Of a stretch of 64,000 bases of DNA, positions 11,584 to 23,100 are shown one piece after another. Position numbers and translations under genes: made by a program. Positions within the stretch are counted from its first letter, which is position 1. Each line of letters opens with the position of its first letter. The notes below the pieces were generated by a model that saw nothing but the letters and a program-made list of their open reading frames with translations, had not been told where the DNA came from and did not search any database. This DNA comes from a bacterium (GTDB lineage Bacteria; Bacteroidota; Ignavibacteria; Kapaibacteriales; UBA2268): positions 2,753 to 66,752 of the forward strand of contig JAUIIX010000010.1 in NCBI GenBank assembly GCA_030431515.1, read 5' to 3'.

Positions 11584-12220
11584 ATTAACATATAAAGAAC
11601 TCGAAGCATTAACATCTGACTATGTTTTAAGTCGATTAGACAATGAACAAGTAATCTTGTTTGAGAAATCTATGCTTGATTTTCCTGAAATAATAGAAGA
11701 AGTAAATTCTATTCGTAAGACTTTTGAATTATTTGATAAATATGATTTGAAATCAAATATTAAAGCTAACTCTAAAAATTTCAGTGTAGAAATACAAGAT
11801 AAGTTAAATGCTAAATATGTAAAGACTAATGTTATGAGTGCATATTCTAAATTTGTTTATCCAGCTGCAGGAATAATTGCACTTGCATATTTCTACTTTT
11901 TTACGAATATCTTTGATGGCAATAGTTCTAATAGTCAATTTGAATTTACAATTTTCCAAAGTCAAGATTTAGATAGTTTAAGTAATAAAAGTGATATTTT
12001 AGATAAGTTAACTATTGAAGGTTATAATCTTGAAAGTTCTTTAATTGAAGATTATAGTTTGATTGATTTGAATATAATAGATAAAAATGACTATAGATTT
12101 TACGGTAATGAAAACTTTATTTACCAGAAATATCAGTTAAATGAAATGATTAGCAATTTGAATGAAGATGAATTTATTAATATTTTAGAGGAATTAAAAA
12201 ATGAAAATTTTGATGTTTAG
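11573..12220 (+). CDS. Putative anti-sigma factor (single TM)
   Basis: Overlaps the sigma gene by 11 nt. Has an anti-sigma-like N-terminus (YKELEALTSDYVLSRLD) and a central TM segment. No zinc-finger motif. Confidence 0.5.
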   Translation: MNNKLTYKELEALTSDYVLSRLDNEQVILFEKSMLDFPEIIEEVNSIRKTFELFDKYDLKSNIKANSKNFSVEIQDKLNAKYVKTNVMSAYSKFVYPAAGIIALAYFYFFTNIFDGNSSNSQFEFTIFQSQDLDSLSNKSDILDKLTIEGYNLESSLIEDYSLIDLNIIDKNDYRFYGNENFIYQKYQLNEMISNLNEDEFINILEELKNENFDV

Positions 12221-12644
12221 TATAATAATTATACTATTTGCAAGTCAAGTATATGCTCAGCCACACAAAGCTAAAGAAAGAATTTCTATGATAAAGAAAA
12301 TTAAACTTATTGAAATATTAGATTTAGATGAAAAAGAGTCTGATAAATTAATAGTTAAGTACTCTGCATGGGAAGATAAAATAGAGAATCAATTAAAATC
12401 ATTTGATGATGCAGAAGAAAGTCTTAAAAAAGCAATTAAGAATGGTAACAAAGATGAAATAGTTAAGCAAAGCAATAATTTTATTAAAGTTAGAACTGAG
12501 TTGATAAATATAACTGATAAAAGAGATACAGATATGAAAACTATGTTATCTGAAATTCAGTTTGCAAAGTATCTAATATTTGAAAAGAAATTTAGAAAAG
12601 AACTTGGCGAACAAATAATGAAAAAAAGAAGAAAAAGAGATTAA
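12201..12644 (+). CDS. Periplasmic helical protein, third gene of the ECF operon (Spy/CpxP-like?)
   Basis: 147 aa with signal peptide MKILMFSIIIILFASQVYA, K/E-rich helical sequence and a basic tail. Overlaps the upstream gene by 20 nt. Confidence 0.4.
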   Translation: MKILMFSIIIILFASQVYAQPHKAKERISMIKKIKLIEILDLDEKESDKLIVKYSAWEDKIENQLKSFDDAEESLKKAIKNGNKDEIVKQSNNFIKVRTELINITDKRDTDMKTMLSEIQFAKYLIFEKKFRKELGEQIMKKRRKRD

Positions 12645-13337
12645 TTATAAATCATTCCTCTTGAATAGTATTTCGATAAGTGAAAAATTATACCACTTAC
12701 TTAATACTATTTTTTTTTGTACTAGCACAAATCTATAAACTATTAATGTTACAAATATACCTAAGAATGAACCAGCTAAGACATCAATAAGAAAATGTTG
12801 GAATAAATATACTCTAGATACTCCCATGAAAGCGGCAATTATAGCAAATAATATTCTAACATATTTATTAGGTGTTATCAAAGATAAGAAGAACATCATA
12901 CTAAAGGCAGCAGTTGAATGTCCAGAAGGAAATGAATATTGAGAATGAACTTTAACTCCTTCTACAAAATTTAAGGTGCCAATTATACATTCATCTAAAC
13001 ATGCAATTGGGCGAGGCAAATTATATATTTTCTTTAGTATCTGAGTTAAACACCCTGCTAATAGAAATGTAATAACACCATTAAATAAATACTTGAATCT
13101 AAATGCACCAAGAATCAATAAGAAAATCCCATAAAAAGTACCTTCTGCAATAATAGAAGAATACTTGAAAAAATTATCATTGAAATCATTTCTATAATTG
13201 TTTATCAAAACTATTTCATCACCTTTATTAGAAAATGAAATATAAAAAAGAAAACATATTGCGATTAAGCAATATGTTATTAAAAAGTGTTTATTATCTC
13301 TTATTAATTTAAAAAATATTTTTAAATAATAATTCAT
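12645..13337 (-). CDS. PAP2-family membrane phosphatase
   Basis: 230 aa, multi-TM, with the tripartite PAP2 motif KKIYNLPRP ... PSGH ... SRVYLFQHFLIDV. Confidence 0.8.
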   Translation of the reverse strand: MNYYLKIFFKLIRDNKHFLITYCLIAICFLFYISFSNKGDEIVLINNYRNDFNDNFFKYSSIIAEGTFYGIFLLILGAFRFKYLFNGVITFLLAGCLTQILKKIYNLPRPIACLDECIIGTLNFVEGVKVHSQYSFPSGHSTAAFSMMFFLSLITPNKYVRILFAIIAAFMGVSRVYLFQHFLIDVLAGSFLGIFVTLIVYRFVLVQKKIVLSKWYNFSLIEILFKRNDL

Positions 13338-14249
13338 TTATACACCAATAGTATCTTTCTTTTTCTTATCGGACTGCTGAATTTGCTCTTCAATGAATTT
13401 AATAATTGAACCTGCAATATCTTTTCCAGTAGCTTTTTCTATACCTTCTAATCCTGGAGAAGAATTTACTTCGATAACAAGTGGCCCTCTAACAGACTGA
13501 AGCATATCAACTCCAGCAACTTTTAATCCTAAAGCTTCGGCCGCTTTGATAGCAGTTTGTTTTTCTATTTTAGATAGTTTTATTTCTTCACTCGAGCCAC
13601 CACGATGTATATTAGACCTAAATTCGCCAGGTTTTCCTTGTCTTTTCATTGCTCCAACAACCTTACCACCAACTACAAAGGCTCTAATATCAGCACCTTT
13701 TGCTTCTTTAACAAACTGTTGCACTAAAACGTTAGCATTGAGTCCATAAAAAGCTTCCATAACAGACTTTGCAGCATTTTTAGTTTCGGCAAGTACGATT
13801 CCAAGTCCTTGAGTACCCTCTAATAATTTTATTATAAGTGGTGTTCCACCTACTTGCTTGATTATACTATCTATGTCTTTAGGATATTTAGTAAAAGCTG
13901 TTTTAGGAATACCTACTCCTGCTTTAGATAATATCTGCAATGAACGAAGTTTATCTCTTGAACGTACTAAAGCAAGCGAACTAAGAGTTGTGTAAACTTT
14001 TTGCATTTCAAACTGTCTGATAATACTGGAACCATAAAAAGTAACAGAAGCACCAATTCGAGGGATAATAGCATCTACATCATCAATAGTATTTTCACCA
14101 TAGTAAACGTGTGGATTAGCTTCTTCCATTACAACATAACATCTTGCATGATTAAGTAAAACTGCTTCATGACCTCTTTTTTTTATAGATTCTAAAAGTC
14201 TTCTTGTTGAATATAATTCAGAATTTCTCGACAAAACTGCTATTTTCAT
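13338..14249 (-). CDS. rimK: Alpha-L-glutamate ligase RimK (ATP-grasp)
   Basis: 303 aa with [19 protein letters not shown]-terminus and ATP-grasp motifs ([30 protein letters not shown]...[11 protein letters not shown]). Confidence 0.9.
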   Translation of the reverse strand: MKIAVLSRNSELYSTRRLLESIKKRGHEAVLLNHARCYVVMEEANPHVYYGENTIDDVDAIIPRIGASVTFYGSSIIRQFEMQKVYTTLSSLALVRSRDKLRSLQILSKAGVGIPKTAFTKYPKDIDSIIKQVGGTPLIIKLLEGTQGLGIVLAETKNAAKSVMEAFYGLNANVLVQQFVKEAKGADIRAFVVGGKVVGAMKRQGKPGEFRSNIHRGGSSEEIKLSKIEKQTAIKAAEALGLKVAGVDMLQSVRGPLVIEVNSSPGLEGIEKATGKDIAGSIIKFIEEQIQQSDKKKKDTIGV

Positions 14250-14257
14250 ATTTTATA

Positions 14258-14719
14258 TTATTTTAATTTTTGTTTATTTTCAAATGACAAATTAACCTTT
14301 GATACATCAACTACAAAATTTTTATTTAATAATTTTCTTCCCAATAGTATAGGGTATTTCATTTTACCTCTATTTGTAAGGGTAAATTCTGTTAAATATA
14401 CTTTGTCAAAAATAATTACTTGTGTTTTAATCACATATCTAAATTCAGTTTGACCGTTAGATGATCGAATTTTTCTTTCTTTGAAATTAGTTATTTTAAA
14501 ATTTTTCTTTTGATAATCAGGATGTTTTGGATCTAATAATTTGAAAGTTAGGTATTCAACTCCATTCTTCTCTATTAATTGTATTCTATGGCAATGAATA
14601 GATGATGTATCAGCACCTGTATCTATTTTACATTCAATATTAGTTAAGTCTAATTCCGGTAAATCCACAGAATCAACTCTACCAATAGTTATTAAACTTT
14701 TTACTTTTTTTGACTTCAT
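14258..14719 (-). CDS. RimK-associated retropepsin-like protease (DUF785/COG4067 type)
   Basis: 153 aa with KIDTGADTSSIHC aspartic-protease-like motif. It sits immediately upstream of rimK, as in known rimK loci. Confidence 0.7.
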   Translation of the reverse strand: MKSKKVKSLITIGRVDSVDLPELDLTNIECKIDTGADTSSIHCHRIQLIEKNGVEYLTFKLLDPKHPDYQKKNFKITNFKERKIRSSNGQTEFRYVIKTQVIIFDKVYLTEFTLTNRGKMKYPILLGRKLLNKNFVVDVSKVNLSFENKQKLK

Positions 14720-15765
14720 AAGAATTTTTTAAATTTGAAATAAATTATCATAGTCACAGAGATTAAAAACATTAGAACTAATATTATTGGATACGCCATT
14801 GGTTCTTTTAATTCTGGCATATACTCAAAATTCATACCGTATAAGCCAGCAATAAAGGTTAGTGGTATAAAAATAGTAGAAATCACTGCTAATAATTTCA
14901 TTGTATCGTTCATTTTGTTACTTAATGAAGATAAATATATATTTGTAATACCATCTAATGAATTTTTGGTGTAATCAATATAGTCCATAAGATTTAGAGA
15001 ACTATCTTTGATGTCAGTAAAATATGCTTTGTTTGCACTATCGATTAATGGATTATCCATATTATTTAATTTATGTACAGTATCTTTAAGCGGTTGAACT
15101 TTGTTTTTGATTAGTTGCAACTCTTTTTTTATTGCTTCTATATCAATTAATAAGTTATCTTTATTAGTACTTAATACCTTTTGTTCAATTATGTTTATGT
15201 CATTTACTATTTTATCAATAACAGTATAATAATTATCAATAATTGCATCTAAAAACATAAACAATAAATAATCTGATTTTCTTTTTCTTAATAATCCTAA
15301 ATTTTCTCTAATACGTAATCTAATATGATCAAAAGTATCATCAATTTTCTCTTGAAAGGAAATAATAAAATTCTTTCCTAAAACAAAAGAGATTTGTTCA
15401 TAATCTATACTTTCATTCCCTGTTAAAGATTTAGCCGTTATAAAAATGTAATTTTCACTTTCTTCAATTTTAGGTCTTTCGTTAGTGTTGATTATATCTT
15501 GAAGATTTAGGTTATTTATCCCTACTTCATTTGCTATTTTCTTAATTAGTTCAACATTATGTATTCCATGTATATTTAACCAATATACTTTTTTTTCATT
15601 ATCATCATAAAACTTACCATCAAATACGTAATCCGATTTTTCTTCAAATTCTTCAGAGTCATAAGTAAACAGTTGTAATTTGACTGGTTCATTATGCTTA
15701 TTCCCAGAATAAACAAATTCACCTGGTTTAATATCTTTTCTTTTTAATTTGTAGAATTTTATCAT
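14716..15765 (-). CDS. corA: Magnesium/cobalt transporter CorA
   Basis: 349 aa with a cytoplasmic N-domain, two C-terminal TM helices and the signature YGMNFEYMPEL. Confidence 0.88.
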   Translation of the reverse strand: MIKFYKLKRKDIKPGEFVYSGNKHNEPVKLQLFTYDSEEFEEKSDYVFDGKFYDDNEKKVYWLNIHGIHNVELIKKIANEVGINNLNLQDIINTNERPKIEESENYIFITAKSLTGNESIDYEQISFVLGKNFIISFQEKIDDTFDHIRLRIRENLGLLRKRKSDYLLFMFLDAIIDNYYTVIDKIVNDINIIEQKVLSTNKDNLLIDIEAIKKELQLIKNKVQPLKDTVHKLNNMDNPLIDSANKAYFTDIKDSSLNLMDYIDYTKNSLDGITNIYLSSLSNKMNDTMKLLAVISTIFIPLTFIAGLYGMNFEYMPELKEPMAYPIILVLMFLISVTMIIYFKFKKFL

Positions 15766-15777
15766 GTTTTATCTTGC

Positions 15778-18700
15778 TTAATAAATATAAACTTGATGCC
15801 TATTAAATGTTAGGGTAAATTTAGTACCTTTATTTAACTTACTTTCAACTTGAATAGTACCATTTAATAGTTCAACTAATTGTTTTACTATTGATAAGCC
15901 TAACCCTGTTGAGTCTTCTCCATCAGTTGGTTTTGAATTTAATCTGGAGTATTTATCAAATAGTTTTGGTAAATCCTCTGCTGAAATACCTATACCTTCA
16001 TCTTTTACAATTATAGAAAATTCTTCTTTATCTTCAATTAATTCAACCCAAATAGTTTTCTTTTTATGGCTAAATTTAATTGAATTAGAGATTAGATTAT
16101 CCATAATTTGAACAAACAATTTTTTATCTGTATAAACTGCATAATCTTCGCTTTGCACTTTAAGAATTAACTTTTGTTGTTTATTTTCAACATTAATAGA
16201 AGCATCTTGAATAATATTATTAAGTACTTGTGATAGATTAATATATGCAAAATGTGTATTAATTTTACCAGATTCGACTGCATTTAGTTCTAATAAATTC
16301 TTAATAATATCAATCATTTTATAAGAAGTTTTTGCAATTTTTTCAGCTACTTCATATACTTTTGTGTCATTATTTTTTTCACAGTGCAATTTAATAATAT
16401 CAGAAGCTAATATAATTCCAGTTATTGGGTTCTTTAAATCATGAGATACCATTGATAAAATATTATCTTTATCTTTATTGATTTTAACAAGATCTAAAGT
16501 TCTTTCATTAACTCTATCTTCCAAATTTTTATTTAATTGTAATAGCTTATTTTCTGCATTTATTAAACGAGTTATCTCAAAAGATATTATTAATACTTCT
16601 TCAGAATTAGTCAATTCATCAAAAATAGGAATAGCATTTGTTTGTAACCAAACATTATCGTTATTTTTTAGTTTGATTTCACCTTGCCATATTTTAGATG
16701 ACTTCATTGATTTTAATAATTCAGTTTGTTCTATTTTACTTTCATTTATGTCAATTAAATCAAAAATACTCTTATTTAATAAGTTGTATTGGTTTATTTG
16801 AATTAACTCATTAAAATTATTATTAGAATATTTTATCTTTCCATTTATATCAGTAAAGACAACAAATGCTGCTATATCAAGGGCTTTTCTAAATTCAATT
16901 AATCTTTTTGTTTTATTTTCACTTTCTTTTTGAGCTAAGTTTCTTTCTGTAACATCAATCATCACAGCTAAAGATCTTATTATATTGCCCTCAACATCTC
17001 TTTCAGATATTGCAGAAAACTCTACATCTAATAATGCTCCGTTTTTCTTAACTAATTGATAATTTATATAACTTACACTTCCATTTTTGAAAAATTTGGG
17101 CAATACAAATTCATTAGCATATTTTTTAGATTGTTTTGATAAAAATTCAGTAGTTTTTTTACCTACTACTTCTTCCCTTTCATATCCTAAAGATTTTAAC
17201 CAAAAATTACTTACTGATAATATTATACCGTTCTTATCAAAAGAATAAAGCATTACAGGTGAATTATTATAGAGAGTTTCAAATTTCTTTAATGATTCTT
17301 CCAATTGAATATCAGCTAATTTTTCTTTAGTCATATCCCAATTAACACCAATCATCCTTACAGCTTTATCATTCTTAAATTCAATATATGCAAATGTTTG
17401 AATATATTTAGTTTTATTATTCTTTGTAACAATCTTAAATTCTGATTCGAAGTCTTCTTCTTTTTTAAAACTTCTTATCATTCTATCTTTAACTCTCATC
17501 CAATCATCTAAAGTGGTATATTCTTTCCAAAAATGTACATCTTGAATTTCTTTGGCACTTAATTCAAAAATCTCCCACATTTTTGAATCCCAACTCAAAT
17601 GATTTTTTTCGATATCCCAATCCCAGATACCAAAATTAGCAGCTTTTGCAGCTAAGGACAATGAATAGGAATAATCTTTTAATTGAATATCAATTTTCTT
17701 TCTATCATTTATATCTTGAATGGTACCATTTACTCTTTTTATCTGTCCATTTTCTTTAACTGCATGTCCAATTGTTCTTACCCAAATATAATCCTTATCA
17801 ATCGGTCTTATTCTTAATTCTATATCATAAGATTTACCATAATTCATAAGATCATGAAATACCATATTAAGTTTTTCTCTATCTTCTGGATGATAAAAGT
17901 TAATTGCCTCTTCAGTGTCAATCTTTGAACCTATTTTTTTATTATGAATTAAGTATGTTTGATTCGTCCAAGTTAATTCATCTTCACCTATTAAATATTC
18001 CCATCCTCCAATTTTAGAAATGTCACTTAATTCTTCTAATAACCTATCTCTATTATTTAACTCACTTTCATAATTTTTTCTTTTAGTTATATCTATAAAA
18101 CTACTTAGTAATGCTTCTTCGCCCCTAAATACAATCTTTGTTGATGAAAGCAAACCTACAATACATTTTCTATTTTTATCAACTAATTCTACTTCATAGT
18201 TTAGTACTTTATTTGTATTATTAAACAGATTTCTTAGATGTTTTGCATCATCAGGATCTTTATATAATTCAAAAGATGAAAAATCAGAATTTACAACCTT
18301 CTCTCCAAAGATTTCTTTAAATTGTCTGGAATAATATATCAATTCTCCGTTGTCAAATCTTGAAATTGAAACGGGAAGAGCTAAATTTTCAATAATATCA
18401 TTTGATTCTTTTCTGCTCTCTTTTATTTTATTCTTAGCATGTTCTTCGATTGTTATATCTCTTACTGAAATAAATACACAATCTTTAGAATCAATTTTTA
18501 TTTTCTTAAAATAAACAGAACATATAAATTCTATTCCTTCTAAATCTTTTGCAAAGCAGTTACCTCCAAAACCATCTTCTCCAATTATTTTATCATAAGG
18601 GTTTTCTAAGAAACTAAATGTATCTTTTACTAATAAATCTAAAACATTTAAATTATCAAAACTATTCTCTTTAATTTTAAATTTATCTTTTGCTTCAGCA

Positions 18701-20124
18701 TTTACATCAATTATTGACCCTTTAAGGTCTGTTATAAATAACAGGTTTTTCGATGAGTCAAATAGAACTCTATATCTTTCTTCAGATTCGATTAAATTAT
18801 TTTGAAAATCTAATTGATTAGTAATATCATTGAATAGAATTTGAACAGCTTTCTTTCCTTTGAATTCAGTAGGAAATGTTATTACTTCAGATATAAATTT
18901 TTCACCATTTACTCTAATTAATTCATAACGAACTTGCTCAGTTTGCTCATTATTAATTAATACTTGTTTCGTTCGTTCTATTTCAATTGGCTTGTATTTT
19001 ATATCAATAAAATCCAAATAGTTTTTATCTATCAAGTCATTCTCACTACTTGCATTCAGTAAATTCTGGCATATTTTATTGACATACACAACCTTATTAT
19101 CTTGATGAATTATTATACCATAGGGTGATTCATCAATTAAAAGTTTATAATTACTTTGAGTCTCAATTAAGTTATTAGTCATTGAAGATAACTTAGATTT
19201 TAACTCTTTGGCTTTTTCTTTTATTTCAACATTATTTGTTAAATCAGTTATATGTAATAGTAAAACACTTTTATTTTTATAATTAATTCTTTTACTATTT
19301 ATCTTTATGGATAATTCTTTATTTGTTGATTTAGTATAACCTTTAAAAGTTGTTTGATTATTTCCATTATGACCATGTAAATAATCTTTAAGAATAGAAT
19401 AATTTGAAGAGTCTATCAAATCTAATAATCTTAGTTTTGAGTCTTTTTCTACTTCAAATAACTCTAAAGCACTTTGATTAATTTCAATAATTCTATAATT
19501 AATAGGACAAATAATAAATATTGGAGATGGGCTGTCAAAAAATAAGGAATTTCCAAGTTCATTTTCTTCTATATACTTAATTTTATAATCTTGAATTTCT
19601 TCAATTTTATCAATTAATGCTTTATTCTGTTCATCTAAAATTAAATTAGTATTAGCTAATTCCTCTTTAGTTTTATATAGTTCTGTCCTATCTATATAAG
19701 AACCAGTAAGCATAATAAGATTATCTTTATCATCAAAATGAGCAATTGCACTTAGTTCAATAGAATAATCATTTCCTGATATTGATTTTTCATTTAAAAT
19801 TAATTCTTTTGTTCGGTAATCATTTTCAACAAAATTATTGATATAAGCAATTAAGGACTCATTACTTATTAATGAAAGTTCTCCTAATTTTTTTCCAATA
19901 ATTTCTTCTTTAGTATTAAAATTATGAAATTTTACATGAGTATAATTACAATCAACTAAGCTAGCATTTTTTAAGGTTTTAATTAATTTTTCTTTACTAT
20001 CACCTTTTTTAAACTGATTATTTATCTGATATGACCATAATGCAAATCCCGATTCATTAATAAATGAATGAAAGAACTCATCACTATTATATTTATCTAT
20101 TTTTTTTAAGGAATTTATACTCAT
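15778..20124 (-). CDS. Cytoplasmic multi-PAS/PAC sensor histidine kinase (1448 aa), no receiver domain
   Basis: About 1200 aa of repeated PAS/PAC-like units, then H-box SHDLKNPITGI, N-box NLISNSIKFS, G1 DEGIGIS and G2 GLGLSIV. No TM segment or signal peptide. Confidence 0.9.
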   Translation of the reverse strand: MSINSLKKIDKYNSDEFFHSFINESGFALWSYQINNQFKKGDSKEKLIKTLKNASLVDCNYTHVKFHNFNTKEEIIGKKLGELSLISNESLIAYINNFVENDYRTKELILNEKSISGNDYSIELSAIAHFDDKDNLIMLTGSYIDRTELYKTKEELANTNLILDEQNKALIDKIEEIQDYKIKYIEENELGNSLFFDSPSPIFIICPINYRIIEINQSALELFEVEKDSKLRLLDLIDSSNYSILKDYLHGHNGNNQTTFKGYTKSTNKELSIKINSKRINYKNKSVLLLHITDLTNNVEIKEKAKELKSKLSSMTNNLIETQSNYKLLIDESPYGIIIHQDNKVVYVNKICQNLLNASSENDLIDKNYLDFIDIKYKPIEIERTKQVLINNEQTEQVRYELIRVNGEKFISEVITFPTEFKGKKAVQILFNDITNQLDFQNNLIESEERYRVLFDSSKNLLFITDLKGSIIDVNAEAKDKFKIKENSFDNLNVLDLLVKDTFSFLENPYDKIIGEDGFGGNCFAKDLEGIEFICSVYFKKIKIDSKDCVFISVRDITIEEHAKNKIKESRKESNDIIENLALPVSISRFDNGELIYYSRQFKEIFGEKVVNSDFSSFELYKDPDDAKHLRNLFNNTNKVLNYEVELVDKNRKCIVGLLSSTKIVFRGEEALLSSFIDITKRKNYESELNNRDRLLEELSDISKIGGWEYLIGEDELTWTNQTYLIHNKKIGSKIDTEEAINFYHPEDREKLNMVFHDLMNYGKSYDIELRIRPIDKDYIWVRTIGHAVKENGQIKRVNGTIQDINDRKKIDIQLKDYSYSLSLAAKAANFGIWDWDIEKNHLSWDSKMWEIFELSAKEIQDVHFWKEYTTLDDWMRVKDRMIRSFKKEEDFESEFKIVTKNNKTKYIQTFAYIEFKNDKAVRMIGVNWDMTKEKLADIQLEESLKKFETLYNNSPVMLYSFDKNGIILSVSNFWLKSLGYEREEVVGKKTTEFLSKQSKKYANEFVLPKFFKNGSVSYINYQLVKKNGALLDVEFSAISERDVEGNIIRSLAVMIDVTERNLAQKESENKTKRLIEFRKALDIAAFVVFTDINGKIKYSNNNFNELIQINQYNLLNKSIFDLIDINESKIEQTELLKSMKSSKIWQGEIKLKNNDNVWLQTNAIPIFDELTNSEEVLIISFEITRLINAENKLLQLNKNLEDRVNERTLDLVKINKDKDNILSMVSHDLKNPITGIILASDIIKLHCEKNNDTKVYEVAEKIAKTSYKMIDIIKNLLELNAVESGKINTHFAYINLSQVLNNIIQDASINVENKQQKLILKVQSEDYAVYTDKKLFVQIMDNLISNSIKFSHKKKTIWVELIEDKEEFSIIVKDEGIGISAEDLPKLFDKYSRLNSKPTDGEDSTGLGLSIVKQLVELLNGTIQVESKLNKGTKFTLTFNRHQVYIY

Positions 20125-20141
20125 TAAAGGACTTTATTTTA

Positions 20142-23100
20142 CTAAAAACTTTTAAGTATAATAGTAAAAATCGTGCCTATATTTACCTTGCTCTCAACTT
20201 GAATTTCGTGATTAAGTAACTCGCATAGTTTCTTGACAATAGCAAGACCCAAGCCAGAACTTATTTCATCGCCTGTTGGTTTATTTGAAAGTTTTACAAA
20301 TTTATCAAATAGCTTTTCTAATTCATTTTCTGAAATTCCAGGACCATAATCTTTAATTAAAATATTTACTTTTTCATCTCTGTTCTCAATAAATATTTCG
20401 ATTTTTGATCCTAAATTAGAAAATTTGGATGCATTTGATAGTAAATTTTCTAAAATTTGGTATAAATGGTTTTTATGGCTTAAAACGGTTAGATTCTTAT
20501 TCGGATTAAAAATTATTAATTCTTGATTTTTCTTATCTAATTTATTTTTATAATTTTTAGACAATTCCAATAGAAGTAAATTTATATCTACTTCATTTAA
20601 AAGTAGATTATTATCTTTATGTAATGAATCAAATTCTAATAAATTATTGATAATTAAGTTCATTCTTTGAGTACATTCTAAAATATAATCTATTTTTTCA
20701 TCAAAACTCAAATATTCTTTTTTCTTTGATAATAGTCTCATCAATTCAGTTTGAAGAACTATACCTGTTAAAGGATTTTTTAAATCATGGCTAACCATTT
20801 GTAATATAAAATCTTTCTCAATTATAGTTTCATTCAATTCTTTTGTTCTCGAATTCACAGTCTCTTCAAGTTCTTTTTCATATTTTTTAGATAAAGTAAT
20901 ATCAATTAATATTTCAAGGAAATTTAATATTCTGCCAATCGAATCTTTTAGTGGTAATATAGTAGCATAAAACCATAATAACTTTCCATTTTTAGTTTTG
21001 TTGCAAATCTCCCCTGTCCATATATTTCCTTCTAACAGTGTATCCCAAAATTCTTTCCAAAACTCTTTGCTATGAACATTTGAAGATAAGATTTTATGGT
21101 CTTTCGCAATAATTTCTTCTCTGGTAAACCCATAAACTTCAACGAATTTTTCATTGACTTCAATGAATTTTCCTTTAACATTTGTATATGAAACAATTGA
21201 GGATTTATCAATTGCATTTTTCAATTGCTGTAAACTAATATTTTTATTTGCAATTTCTTCTTCAAAACTAGTTAAATCAGTAATATCTTGAGTTATTCCA
21301 ATAATTTTATTACTTTCTCTGCTATTATTAACAAACTTTGCTTTAAATCTTATAACTTTTTTATTTCCTTTGGCATCTATAAATCTATATTTAGCATCTA
21401 ATTCTTTTCCATTTTCTGTTAAATCATTAAAATCTTTTTTAACAATTTCAAATTCTTCTTCAGAATAAAACCTTGCTTCTACTTCATTAATTGGTTCATA
21501 GCTCTTATCTAAAGCATAAATTTCATACATAGAATCTGACCAAAATAATTCATCTTTAATTATATCATATTCCCAAGCACCCGTTTTAGCTAATGAACCC
21601 ATTTCATTTAAAAGTATAAATGAACTTTCTAATTTTGAATTAACTTCTTTGATTTCAGTAACATCTAAGAAGGAAACAATTACAGTTTCAATACTTCCTT
21701 TTTCACAATATGATGCGGGTTCTGTATTAACAATTATCCAAACAAAAGAGCTGTCACCTTTAGAAACTTTCATTAAGAAATTCCTAATAGATTTACCTGT
21801 TTTTAAAGTGATTTGTGAAGGGAATTCATCAGGTTCAAGTATTTTACCATATTCATTTTCTGCTTTCCATCTTGGATCTAATGAATCTTTACCGAGTAAT
21901 TGCCCTTCTGTAAGACCTAATATTCGTTCAGCTTCTTTATTATGCATAATAATTCTATCATTTTTATCTTGCAGATTTAAACCAAGAGGTAATGATTTGA
22001 ATATTGCTTCATAAATATTTCTATTAAATAATATTTCCTTTTCTTTTAATTTTGTTTCAGTAACATCTTGCAAAGAGGCAACAACTTTACTAATATTATT
22101 TTGATTGTCGAAAATTGGCTTCATATTTCCATTTACATAAATATATTCTCCATTTCTTTTTTTCAATCTATATTCATAATAAACAACTTTATAGAAATTA
22201 GTTGCTTTATTAAATGCTTTATCAAAATTATTCAAATCATCAGGATGAACAATACTTCTTGAAAAATCGTAAGTAATTATTTTATCAACTTCATAACCTA
22301 ACATCTGAAATAGATTATCATCCCAAATTACTTCTCCTGTGTTTGGATTATATTCCCAATAAGCGAGTTTTGCCAACTGAGCACTTTCCTTATATCTCAT
22401 ATTAGCAAGTTCTAAGTTCAATTTAGTTTTTTCTAATTCTGTAACATCATGACCTAAACATTGAATAATAAGTTCATTATTATCTTGTATTGTAATTACA
22501 TCCCAATTAACTAAGAGTTTTTGATTATTTATATCAGTTTTTGCTAATACTATATTATATTTTTGACTTGGATTATTTTTAATTTTATTAACTAATTCTT
22601 CAACTTTTTCTAATTGACCTTCTGCTAAACAATAGCTTAAATGTTTACCTACTAATTCATAACCTATTCTATCTTCATAAGTTTTATTACAATATGTAAA
22701 TATACCATTTATATCCATTCTAATAATAAATTCTGTTGTATTATCTAAAACAGATTGATATAAATTCTTATAATATTCATTCTCTTTTTGTAATTTGACT
22801 CTATCTGTAATATTAATAAAAGATACTTCTATACATCTTTTGTTATCATATATCATAGAATGACCAGCTACCTGAACATCTACAATATTACCTTTAAATG
22901 TTTTTAATTTAATTTCTTTAGGTAAGTTATAATCATTTTTATTAATGAATATATTATCAAATCTTACTTTAATTTCTTGTATGTAATCTTCATAAACTAA
23001 ATCTAAGGGATTTGTACCTATTATTTCAGAATAGTTAGTCTCCAATAAATCTAAAGCATGTTTATTTAAATGTAATACTTTAGACTCATCATGAATCATA

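Noticed and set aside
4545-22262. Numerous 60-120-aa antisense or out-of-frame ORFs inside icd, alaS, the DHODH-like gene, rimK and the two kinases (for example 5175-5498, 9696-10016, 16478-16801, 21649-22014).
   Set aside because: All lie within genes that have strong family motifs on the other strand or frame. They show the low-complexity composition typical of shadow ORFs in AT-rich DNA.
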